Shown here: positions 23,760-31,912 of the stretch, in pieces | Layout: the number at the start of each line of letters is the position of its first letter | Position numbering within the stretch: the stretch's first letter is position 1 | NCBI GenBank assembly: GCA_903921665.1 | Contig: CAIXQT010000012.1 | Span: 1 to 41,238, forward strand | Source: an uncultured Opitutia bacterium | GTDB taxonomy: Bacteria > Verrucomicrobiota > Verrucomicrobiia > Opitutales > UBA953 | Length of the DNA: 41,238 nt | Reading direction: 5' to 3' | Program-made: the position numbers and the translations under genes | The notes under the pieces: generated by a model | What the model was told of the DNA's origin: nothing | What the model saw: the letters and a program-made list of their open reading frames with translations, nothing else | Database searches by the model: none

Positions 23760-26700
23760 TCAGCGTGAGGTGACGGCAGCATCGCTCGCCAGGATCGTCG
23801 AGCAGACGAGCGTGAGGGCAGCCAGGGCCGGATCGGCCGGGACCTTAGGGCCGGAAGGGGCCGGGGGAGGCGTCGGTGGCTTCTGCGCCTTCGGGTCGGC
23901 CTTAGGATCGGCCTTGGTCGAAGGCGGGGGAGTGGGCGGCGGCGTGAACCGAGGAGGGTCGGCTTTTCGGGTCGCATATAGCTCCGTCAACGCGGCCAGT
24001 TCGGAGGGGCGAGGATCACGGGTGCAGACATGACGGAAAGCGGCGACGATCTGCGCCGAAGCATCCGGGGATGCCTTGCTCACCTTGACGGCCAGACTCT
24101 TGGCCGCCTCGACGAATCCAGGATTATTCAGCAAGACCAAAGCCTGCAAAGGGGTGTTCGTGTTCAGCCGCTTAGGTTGGCAGACCTCGCGGGAGCCGGC
24201 ATCGAAAATCAGCATGTTATCGGGAGGCGCCGTGCGCTTGCGATAGGTGTAGACGCTCCTGCGATTGGCGGACTCTTGGACGCTCTCTCCGCCGACCTTT
24301 TCGATGAGCTTACCGGAGGCGAGCAGCGCTTGGTCGCGGACCATCTCGGCGGTCAGGCGCAGGATAGGGCCGCGGGCGAGATACTTATTCGAAGGGTCTT
24401 TTTCGCGCGCTTCGGCCGTGGGAGTCGACGACTGACGGAAGGTATCGCTCAGGACAAAACGGCGGAGCATCGCCTTGGTGTTCCAACCGCTGTTCATGAA
24501 GTCGACGGCCAGAGAATCGAGCAACTCGGGGTGGGTCGGTAGGTCGCCTTGCATGCCAAGGTTCTCGCTGGTCGCGACGAGCCCAGCGCCAAAGACCTGA
24601 GCCCAGAGGCGATTGATGATCACGCGTGACGTGAGCGGATGCTTGGGGTCCGTCAGCCAGCGGGCGAGTCCCAGGCGGTTCTTCGGCAGGGAGTGGTCCC
24701 AAGGAAAGATGCTCGAGGGGACGCCAGGTTCGCAGGGCTTGGTGAGGTCGGGCTTATCGTATTCCCCCCGCGTCAGGACGTAGCTCTTCGGAGCCAGTTC
24801 GGAATGCTCCATGGCGAAGAATGGTCGGGCGCTTTCCTGATGCGTGGCGAGGGAACGACGGGCCATCTGCAGCTTATTCCAAGCCTCGGCATAGGACGTA
24901 TCCCCCCGCAGCCTCGCATGTGCCGTCAGGACGGAGACGGGAAGGGTTTTCGCATCGATCCCATGAAGCTGGGCCACTTCGGCGGCGGTCAGGGCTGTGC
25001 GCCAGAGCTGGATTTCGTCGAGCGAGCCGTTGCGGAAGCCGGCGTCGCGGGAGCGCGAGCCGATCTCGAGCGCGTTATCGCGGGGCTTGGCGTGCAGCGT
25101 ATCACGCAAGACTTTCGAATTCGCCTCGCGGCCGTCCAGGTAGATGCGGAGTCCGGCGGCCGTGGACGAGCCGTCGTAAGTGACCGTCACGCGCTGCCAA
25201 GAGCCGACCGGGAGTTCGGCCAGGGTCTCGATGGAGGCGGCGCTATTCGGCCAAAGGTGAATCATGCTCCAGCGCAGTTTGCCGTGATCGATGAGTAATT
25301 CGACCCCCGTGGCATCTCCGTCAGCGGTGTAGAATCCCGTAGCGTGGAGCACCGTCGCGCGGGCGTTCTTTTCCCCTAAGCGGAGGAAGGCGGAGAACGT
25401 GAAGGGGTCGAAACGCCCGAGCTGCTTGAATTCTGGAAGGATGAAGCCGGCGTCACCATCGAAGTTCACCGCCTGGCCTTTGACGCCAGGGACAAGCCGG
25501 AGGTCTTCAGGCGAGCCACGTCGTTCGAACTTCGCCGTCTTGCCGCCGACCACGCTGTCGTCGACGCCGACGTTCGTGAACGCCTCCAGCGGAAAGTGTG
25601 CGACCGGCGCAGGGAGGGTCACCTTGACGTCCGCGCCGGCTTGACGGATCGCGGCGACCGCCTTCTCGGCGGACGCGACCGCCGCCTTCAAATCGGCTTC
25701 CTTCTGCCGCTCGGCGTCGGAAGTGAAAAGCCGGACGAAAGGCGGCGGGACCTCGCCATGGAATGAGAGCAGGCCGTTCTCGTTCTGATCACCGAACATC
25801 GCGGCCATCGAGTAGTAATCTCGCTGGGAGATGGGGTCGTACTTGTGGTCGTGACACCGGGAGCACTCCATCGTCAGTCCCATGAAGCCGTAGCCGGCGG
25901 TCATCACGCGGTCGTTGATCCCGTCTTGCCGGAATTCTTCGGCGATCGAGCCGCCCTCAAAAGTCATGCGATGCAGCCGGTTGAAGGCCGTGGCCACGCG
26001 TTGATCTTGCGTGGGGTTTGGCAGAAGGTCGCCGGCAAGTTGTTCGGTCAGGAATTGGTCGTAAGGCTTGTTGTCGTTGAACGCCTTAAGAACCCAGTCG
26101 CGCCACGGCCAGGCGAACATGGCTTTGTCGCCCGTGTAGCCCCAGGTGTCGGCATAGCGGGAGAGATCCAGCCAGCCTACCGCGAGGTGTTCGCCGAAGC
26201 GGGGCGAGGCCAGCATCGCGTCAACGCGCTTGGCATAGGCGTCAGGTGATTTATCGGCCAGAAAAGACGATACCTCGTCGGGGGTAGGCGGGAGGCCGGT
26301 CAAGGCGAAGGAAGCCCGGCGGAGCAGGGTGGTGCGGTCGGCTGCTACGGCGGGCTTGAGCCCGACCTGGGCCGCTTTGGCGATGATGAAGGCATCAAGT
26401 GGGTCTCTGGTCGAAGTCCCATCGGACATGGTCGGGACCGGATGCGGGCGTGGGCTGACGAAGGCCCAGTGCGGATCATACTTTGCCCCCTCTTTGATCC
26501 ATCGCGTCAGGATATCTTTTTCGGAAGCGGTCAGCGGGCGATGCAGCTCCGGCGGGGGCATGACTTCGTCGGGGTCGGTCGAGATGATTCGATGGGCCAT
26601 CGCGCTTTTGGCGAGATCGCCGGGCACGATCGCGATTTCGCCGCTCTTCAATTTCTTCGTGGCTCCCGCTAGTTCGTCCAGGCGTAGCCCGGCCTTACGT

Positions 26701-26879
26701 CCCTTATCCGCATCGGGCCCGTGGCAGCCATAGCATCGGTCAGAAAGGATCGGCCGGACTTGTTGATTAAAATCCACCGTCGCCGTGCTTATCGCTGGTC
26801 GCTTGTCGCAGCCGCTAAGCATGAAGACTCCGACGAGCGCAGCGACGCCGAGAAGGTGGGGTGGGAGGCGGACCCGCAT
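23760..26879 (-). CDS. PSCyt1 / DUF1549 / LamG / DUF1553 (PSD1) lipoprotein with planctomycete-type cytochrome c motif
   Basis: Lipobox 'LSGC'. CYGCH at nt 26721-26735 (minus strand). 'RCHDHKYDP' motif. LamG-like insert '...FTFSAFLRLG...LRIYLDGRE...LDEIQLWRTALTAAEV'. Pro-rich (KADP)n segment near the C-terminus. Confidence 0.9.
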   Translation of the reverse strand: MRVRLPPHLLGVAALVGVFMLSGCDKRPAISTATVDFNQQVRPILSDRCYGCHGPDADKGRKAGLRLDELAGATKKLKSGEIAIVPGDLAKSAMAHRIISTDPDEVMPPPELHRPLTASEKDILTRWIKEGAKYDPHWAFVSPRPHPVPTMSDGTSTRDPLDAFIIAKAAQVGLKPAVAADRTTLLRRASFALTGLPPTPDEVSSFLADKSPDAYAKRVDAMLASPRFGEHLAVGWLDLSRYADTWGYTGDKAMFAWPWRDWVLKAFNDNKPYDQFLTEQLAGDLLPNPTQDQRVATAFNRLHRMTFEGGSIAEEFRQDGINDRVMTAGYGFMGLTMECSRCHDHKYDPISQRDYYSMAAMFGDQNENGLLSFHGEVPPPFVRLFTSDAERQKEADLKAAVASAEKAVAAIRQAGADVKVTLPAPVAHFPLEAFTNVGVDDSVVGGKTAKFERRGSPEDLRLVPGVKGQAVNFDGDAGFILPEFKQLGRFDPFTFSAFLRLGEKNARATVLHATGFYTADGDATGVELLIDHGKLRWSMIHLWPNSAASIETLAELPVGSWQRVTVTYDGSSTAAGLRIYLDGREANSKVLRDTLHAKPRDNALEIGSRSRDAGFRNGSLDEIQLWRTALTAAEVAQLHGIDAKTLPVSVLTAHARLRGDTSYAEAWNKLQMARRSLATHQESARPFFAMEHSELAPKSYVLTRGEYDKPDLTKPCEPGVPSSIFPWDHSLPKNRLGLARWLTDPKHPLTSRVIINRLWAQVFGAGLVATSENLGMQGDLPTHPELLDSLAVDFMNSGWNTKAMLRRFVLSDTFRQSSTPTAEAREKDPSNKYLARGPILRLTAEMVRDQALLASGKLIEKVGGESVQESANRRSVYTYRKRTAPPDNMLIFDAGSREVCQPKRLNTNTPLQALVLLNNPGFVEAAKSLAVKVSKASPDASAQIVAAFRHVCTRDPRPSELAALTELYATRKADPPRFTPPPTPPPSTKADPKADPKAQKPPTPPPAPSGPKVPADPALAALTLVCSTILASDAAVTSR

Positions 26880-26959
26880 GGGTTACGTTACCGACATCCA
26901 ATTACCTCGGCGTGTTCCTGTCCAACGGCTTGTAGTGGCCAATTGACCGCACGAAGCAT

Positions 26960-27111
26960 TTCGGTCCTTTGACTGAGGTTCTAATCCCATCATTAAACCT
27001 ACATCTGTTCCTTGTTCATTAATTTATGATTGATTCAGTCGTAACCTTCATAAAGGAAGGTTTTCATTCATTTAAACTTGAAAGGACACCAAAAATATCA
27101 AGAACTAGGGC
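26960..27111. promoter_or_regulatory. AT-rich divergent promoter/leader region between the PSD1 operon and glmM
   Basis: This is the only long intergenic gap in the window (232 nt, 26880-27111), and its right half is conspicuously AT-rich. It contains the hairpin AACCTTC-ATAAAG-GAAGGTT (27043-27062) followed by TTTTCATTCATTT, and a 29-codon uORF. No confident -35/-10 pair could be assigned. Confidence 0.5.
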
Positions 27112-28467
27112 ATGACGACGAAGCTATTCGGTACGGACGGGATTCGCGGTAAGGCCAACGAGTACCCGATTACCCCTGAGATCACGCTACGCATCGGGCA
27201 GGCTATCTCCCGGGTACTGCGTTCCAGCGGCGCCAATCATAACCGCGTCATCATCGGAAAGGATACCCGTATCTCCGGATACATGTTGGAGACGGCGCTG
27301 ACGAGCGGACTGGTGTCCAGTGGGATGGACGTATTCCTGGTCGGTCCGATGCCCACGCCGGCAGTGGCCCATCTTACCAAATCAATGGGGTGCGGCGCTG
27401 GCATCATGCTCACGGCTTCGCACAACCCTTATGAAGACAACGGCCTTAAGATCTTCGGTCCGGATGGTTTCAAGCTTTCGGATGACCTGGAAGCGCTCGT
27501 CGAACAGGAAGTCTTGTACGACGTGAAGGCCAACGGGGTGACGGGTGATAAGATCGGCAAGGCTTATCGTATCGACGACGCCCGCGGTCGTTACATCGAA
27601 TTCGTGAAGCAGAGCCTCGGCAACGCGCACCTCGACGGCATGAAGATCGTCGTCGACTGCGGACATGGCGCGGGCTACTTGCTGGCCCCGCTCATCTTCA
27701 AGGAACTCGGCGCGAAGGTCGTGAAGCTCGGCGTCGAACCCGATGGCATCAACATCAACGCCGGCGTGGGCGCGCTGCATCCGGAATTCGCTGGCAAGGT
27801 CGTCAAGGAGCAGGGGGCTGATGTCGGCATCTCGCTCGACGGAGACGCCGACCGGGTCATTTTCAGCGATGCCAGCGGAGCGAGCGTCTCCGGTGATCGC
27901 ATCCTCGCTCTATGCGCCTTGGCCCTGAAAGAAGAAGGGAAACTCGCCGGAAATTCGATGGTCTGCACCGTCATGTCGAACCTCGGCCTGCATGAGGCCA
28001 TGCGTAAGGCGGACATCGGCGTGATCACGACCGCGGTCAGCGACCGACATGTCATCGAAGCGCTTCGCAAGGGAGGGTATTCCTTCGGCGGCGAAAACTC
28101 CGGCCACCTGATCTTCGCCGACTACGCCTCGACGGGAGACGGCATCCTGAGCGCCCTGCAGGTCTTGCGTTTCATGCGGAAAAAGGGCGCGACCTTGGCG
28201 GATCTCGCCGCAGGGATGCGCGAGTACCCCCAGAGTCTGGTCAACCTGAAGGTCCGCGCCCGGGTGCCGCTCCTTCAGCTCGAGAGCCTGCAGGAAGAGA
28301 TCCGCAAGGCCGACGCGGCGTTCGGTAACGCCGGCCGACATCTGATCCGCTACTCCGGCACGGAAAACAAGCTACGCATCCTCGTCGAGCACCAGGAGAA
28401 GGCGGAGGTCGAGCGCTGGTCGGCGGCATTCAAGGCCGCGGTCGAGGCCGATTTCGAATCCCTCTGA
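27112..28467 (+). CDS. glmM: Phosphoglucosamine mutase
   Basis: 'LFGTDGIRGKANE', active-site 'TASHNPYEDNGLK', 'DGDADR' and 'GGENSGH'. Confidence 0.95.
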   Translation: MTTKLFGTDGIRGKANEYPITPEITLRIGQAISRVLRSSGANHNRVIIGKDTRISGYMLETALTSGLVSSGMDVFLVGPMPTPAVAHLTKSMGCGAGIMLTASHNPYEDNGLKIFGPDGFKLSDDLEALVEQEVLYDVKANGVTGDKIGKAYRIDDARGRYIEFVKQSLGNAHLDGMKIVVDCGHGAGYLLAPLIFKELGAKVVKLGVEPDGININAGVGALHPEFAGKVVKEQGADVGISLDGDADRVIFSDASGASVSGDRILALCALALKEEGKLAGNSMVCTVMSNLGLHEAMRKADIGVITTAVSDRHVIEALRKGGYSFGGENSGHLIFADYASTGDGILSALQVLRFMRKKGATLADLAAGMREYPQSLVNLKVRARVPLLQLESLQEEIRKADAAFGNAGRHLIRYSGTENKLRILVEHQEKAEVERWSAAFKAAVEADFESL

Positions 28468-28468
28468 G

Positions 28469-29353
28469 ATGACTACTTTCCACATCCCGGATGCAGGCGA
28501 ATCGAAAGGCTGCCACCCCCTGACCCTCACCCGTTCCCTCGGCGAGTTCCCGTTGGCCAACGTCTCGCTCCGTCGGCATCAGCAAGCCGCGTTGATCGCG
28601 GTAGGCCTGACTGAAGCCACGGGGGGTATCGCCGACCTGAGCGTCCACCCAGCGGCCTGGTTCGCCCAGGCGGAACTAGCGACTTTCATCGCCGATAGTT
28701 CTTACGGGAAGATGACCACCAATGACGACATCGTCCTGATTTCTCGACCGACCGGCGCACGCGAACTCCGGGTGACGCAATCGTTCGCGATCGCCTATAG
28801 CTGGGACCTCCTGCGAGCCAACGTGGAGGCCATGACCTCCCGGAAGCACTATGTCCAAGAGTCCGGCGCGCACAGCTCGCTTTACCTTGATGGACGCCTA
28901 CAGATCGGCAAAGGCAGCAAGATCCTCCCGGGCGTCGTCATCGAAGGCGACGTGATCATCGGCGACAACTGCAAGGTCGGGCCCAATTGCTACATCCGCG
29001 GCTCCACTTCGATCGGTGATAAGTGTCACGTCGGCCAGGCCGTCGAGATCAAGAACTCGATCCTCCTGCCGGGCACCAACGTCGGCCACCTTTCGTACCT
29101 CGGAGACACCATCCTGGGAGAAAAAGTGAACTTCGGCGCAGGCACGATCACTTCGAACCTGCGTCACGACGGCGGTGCGCACCGTAGTCCTGTCGAGGGA
29201 CGTATGGTCGACACCGGTCGCCGTAAGCTCGGGGCGATCGTCGGTGATGGCGTGCATACCGGCATCCATACTTCCATCTACCCCGGCCGAAAGCTTTGGC
29301 CAAAGACGTCGACCCTTCCGGGTGCTATCGTCGACAAGGATATCCTCGCCTGA
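28469..29353 (+). CDS. GlmU-like left-handed beta-helix (hexapeptide) protein with a short non-canonical N-terminal domain; putative sugar-1-phosphate acyl/nucleotidyl transferase
   Basis: Hexapeptide repeats 'VIEGDVIIGDNCKVGPNCYIRGSTSIGDKCHVGQAVEIKNSILLPGTNVGHLSYLGDTILGEKVNFGAGT'. The N-terminal ~130 aa lack the GxGTR nucleotidyltransferase signature. The gene sits 1 nt after glmM and 2 nt before glmS. Confidence 0.7.
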   Translation: MTTFHIPDAGESKGCHPLTLTRSLGEFPLANVSLRRHQQAALIAVGLTEATGGIADLSVHPAAWFAQAELATFIADSSYGKMTTNDDIVLISRPTGARELRVTQSFAIAYSWDLLRANVEAMTSRKHYVQESGAHSSLYLDGRLQIGKGSKILPGVVIEGDVIIGDNCKVGPNCYIRGSTSIGDKCHVGQAVEIKNSILLPGTNVGHLSYLGDTILGEKVNFGAGTITSNLRHDGGAHRSPVEGRMVDTGRRKLGAIVGDGVHTGIHTSIYPGRKLWPKTSTLPGAIVDKDILA

Positions 29354-29355
29354 CC

Positions 29356-31194
29356 ATGTGCGGTATCGTCGGATACGTAGGTCGAAGCGCAGCCACTCCC
29401 GTGCTCCTCAGCGGCCTGCGTCGCTTGGAGTACCGTGGGTACGATTCAGCCGGACTTACCGTGCAGGATGGTAAGACGCTCCTGACCCTGCGCGCCGTGG
29501 GAAAGGTCGCTCGGTTGGCTGATAAGGTCCGCGCCGAATGGCCGGAAGCAACGCAAGCACATTGTGCCGTAGGCATCGCCCACACGCGCTGGGCGACACA
29601 CGGAGCGCCGACCGAAGCCAACGCCCACCCGCATGCGGACGCTACCGGGCGGATCCGACTCGTCCATAACGGCATCATCGAGAATTACCGGACGCTACGG
29701 ACCAAGCTCGAAGCCAAGGGCCATGTCTTCTGCTCCGAAACCGATACCGAAGCGGTCGCCCGCCTGATCGGTGAGTATTACAAGGGCGACCTCCGGAAGG
29801 CAGTCATCAGCGCCTTGCGTCAGGTCGAAGGCGCTTACGGCATCGCGGTCATTTCCGCGGATGAACCTGGTCGAATCGTCGTCGCCCGGAAAGGCAGTCC
29901 GCTGGTCATCGGCGTCGGCGAAGGGGAGTGCCTCATCGCCTCGGACCCCTCGGCCATCATCTCGCATACCCGCCGGGTCATCTATCTCGACGACGGCGAC
30001 GTCGCCTTGGTCACGGCGGACAGCGTCGACATCACCGACCTTAATCATGCGCCGATGGATCGCGACGTTGCCGAACTTGAATTCGAGGCCGGAGCCGTGG
30101 AAAAGGGCGGCTTTGAGCACTTCATGCTCAAGGAGATCCACGAGCAGCCGGAATCGGTCCGGAACGCCTTACGTGGCCGTCTGGACCTGCTGAACGGCAC
30201 CGCCGTGCTTTCGGGCATGGGCGCCACCGCCCGCGAACTCCTGGAGCTGCATCGCATCGTCATGGTCGGCTGCGGGACATCTCTGCATGCCGGGATGGTC
30301 GGAGACTTCGCCTTCGAGGAGCTCGCGGCCATCCAGGCCGAGGTCCAGCCTGCCGCCGAATTCCGCTATCGTAATCCGCTCGTCGATGGCCGCGATCTCG
30401 TCGTCGCCATCTCGCAGTCCGGCGAGACCGCCGATACCCTGGCCGCCGTCCGCGAAGCCAAGGAAAAAGGAGCGATGGTGATGGGATTGGTGAACGTGGT
30501 CGGATCAACCATCGCGCGCGAAACGGGCCGCGGCGTCTACTTGCACGCCGGTCCGGAGATCTCCGTCGCCTCGACCAAGGCGTTCACCAGCCAGGTCGCC
30601 GTGTTGCTTCTCATGGCCCTTAAGCTCGGTCGCGGCCGGCGTCTCTCCCGGGAGCGAGGCCTCGACCTGGCCGCCGAGTTGGCCCGGCTGCCGGAACTCA
30701 TCGAGGTCGTCCTGAGGCAGGACGCCGCCATCGCCAAGGTCGCCGAAGGCATGGTGAAACACGAACACGCCTTCTATCTCGGACGTGGACCGATGTATCC
30801 CGTGGCTTTGGAAGGGGCGCTTAAGCTCAAGGAAATCTCCTACATCCATGCCGAAGGTTACCATGCGGCTGAACTCAAGCATGGCCCGATCGCCTTGCTG
30901 ACGCCCGGCATGCCGGTCGTCGTGATCGCCAACCGATCGCCCGTCCTCGATAAGACCTTAGGCAACGCCGAAGAGTGCAAAGCACGCGGGGCGCACATCA
31001 TCGCCATCGTCACCGAAGGCGGACCAGAAGCGAAGATCGCCGACGAAGTCATCCGCATCCCGGACTGCGATCCCTTGGTCGCGACGATTCCCGCCGCCGT
31101 GGCCTTGCAGCTGCTGTCTTATCATGTGGCGCGACTTCGCGGCTGTCCGATCGACCAGCCTCGTAATCTGGCCAAGTCGGTCACGGTGGAGTAA
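29356..31194 (+). CDS. glmS: Glutamine--fructose-6-phosphate aminotransferase (isomerizing)
   Basis: Start at ATG 29356 gives the obligatory N-terminal 'MCGIVGY'. Two SIS domains follow. The C-terminal 'NLAKSVTVE' is typical of GlmS. Confidence 0.95.
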   Translation: MCGIVGYVGRSAATPVLLSGLRRLEYRGYDSAGLTVQDGKTLLTLRAVGKVARLADKVRAEWPEATQAHCAVGIAHTRWATHGAPTEANAHPHADATGRIRLVHNGIIENYRTLRTKLEAKGHVFCSETDTEAVARLIGEYYKGDLRKAVISALRQVEGAYGIAVISADEPGRIVVARKGSPLVIGVGEGECLIASDPSAIISHTRRVIYLDDGDVALVTADSVDITDLNHAPMDRDVAELEFEAGAVEKGGFEHFMLKEIHEQPESVRNALRGRLDLLNGTAVLSGMGATARELLELHRIVMVGCGTSLHAGMVGDFAFEELAAIQAEVQPAAEFRYRNPLVDGRDLVVAISQSGETADTLAAVREAKEKGAMVMGLVNVVGSTIARETGRGVYLHAGPEISVASTKAFTSQVAVLLLMALKLGRGRRLSRERGLDLAAELARLPELIEVVLRQDAAIAKVAEGMVKHEHAFYLGRGPMYPVALEGALKLKEISYIHAEGYHAAELKHGPIALLTPGMPVVVIANRSPVLDKTLGNAEECKARGAHIIAIVTEGGPEAKIADEVIRIPDCDPLVATIPAAVALQLLSYHVARLRGCPIDQPRNLAKSVTVE

Positions 31195-31196
31195 GG

Positions 31197-31214
31197 GTAT
31201 CGCCTCAGCGATAC
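31197..31214 (+). terminator. Weak hairpin just after glmS
   Basis: GTATCGC-CTCA-GCGATAC, a 7-bp stem, starts 3 nt after the TAA. There is no U-tract, so the terminator function is uncertain. Confidence 0.3.
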
Positions 31215-31268
31215 ACCCCAGACCCTTGCCGTTGCGTGGGTCGCGGGCAGGGGCTTCCTCGAGACGCC

Positions 31269-31583
31269 ATGAACGAACGCACCAAGAAGAAATGCCGCTG
31301 CTGCCACAAGACCAAGCCTTTGGACCTGTTCCACCGGCTGGAGGGTACCGCCGCGATCCATCCTTTCTGCCGCCCCTGCCTAGGCGCAGCGGCTAAACGT
31401 CGCTCGGAGCTGCGCAGCGCGCGACGGACGGACACGACCAGGCACTGCGCCCATTGCCAACAGGTGCTGCCTGTGCAGATGTTCCATTGGCTAAGGGCCT
31501 CGGGCAACTACCACAGCTACTGCCGTCCGTGCCATGCCGCCTACATGGCCGAGCGTTACCGCCGCCTGCAGGGCGAACGGTGA
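31269..31583 (+). CDS. Small basic protein (104 aa) with two tandem CxxC-x21-CRPC zinc-ribbon-like modules
   Basis: Start at ATG 31269 (MNERTKKK...). Module 1 is nt 31293-31379 (CRCC...CRPC). Module 2 is nt 31446-31532 (CAHC...CRPC). Spacing is identical, with conserved P, FH, L and H positions. Confidence 0.6.
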   Translation: MNERTKKKCRCCHKTKPLDLFHRLEGTAAIHPFCRPCLGAAAKRRSELRSARRTDTTRHCAHCQQVLPVQMFHWLRASGNYHSYCRPCHAAYMAERYRRLQGER

Positions 31584-31605
31584 CATTCTCGAAAAGGTTT
31601 CCCGC

Positions 31606-31680
<75 letters not shown>

Positions 31681-31784
31681 AGACAGCGGGATGGGAATGA
31701 GTGCAAGACGCGGCCAGAATTTCAAGAGCAAATGCACTTAATTCAACAGAGACTTCCCCCATGGGGCAAAGAGGCTGTTCGGAG

Positions 31785-31856
31785 TGGCCAGACCGGGACT
31801 CGAACCCGGAACCAATTGATTAAAAGTCAACTGCTCTACCATTGAGCTATCTGGCC
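31785..31856 (-). tRNA. tRNA-Lys (anticodon UUU), CCA not encoded
   Basis: The minus strand reads GGCCAGA-TA-GCTC-AATGGTA-GAGC-A-GTTGA-CTTTTAA-TCAAT-TGGTT-CCGGG-TTCGAGT-CCCGG-TCTGGCC-A, followed by CTCC. Confidence 0.92.
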
Positions 31857-31912
31857 TGCCGAACGCTTCGATTACGACAGGCCCAGAGGGAAGGGTAAAG
31901 AAAAATTGAACC

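Noticed and set aside
23829-23966. Pro-rich (KADP)n segment followed by a hydrophobic C-terminus in the PSD1 protein; considered as a PEP-CTERM-like sorting signal
   Set aside because: There is no clear PEP motif or terminal Arg cluster. The final 'LTLVCSTILASDAAV' looks like the usual conserved C-terminal helix of DUF1553 proteins. The Pro-rich part is best read as a low-complexity linker.
29296-29355. N-terminal extension of glmS in the ORF track, and a possible glmS ribozyme
   Set aside because: GlmS must begin with Met-Cys (ATG 29356). The extension overlaps the preceding gene, only 2 nt separate the genes, and there is no space for a ribozyme.
31757-31766. Perfect 10-bp palindrome CCCCATGGGG in the spacer between the tRNAs
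   Set aside because: As RNA it would leave a 2-nt loop and be sterically poor. It is most simply a chance palindrome or restriction-type site with no flanking structure.
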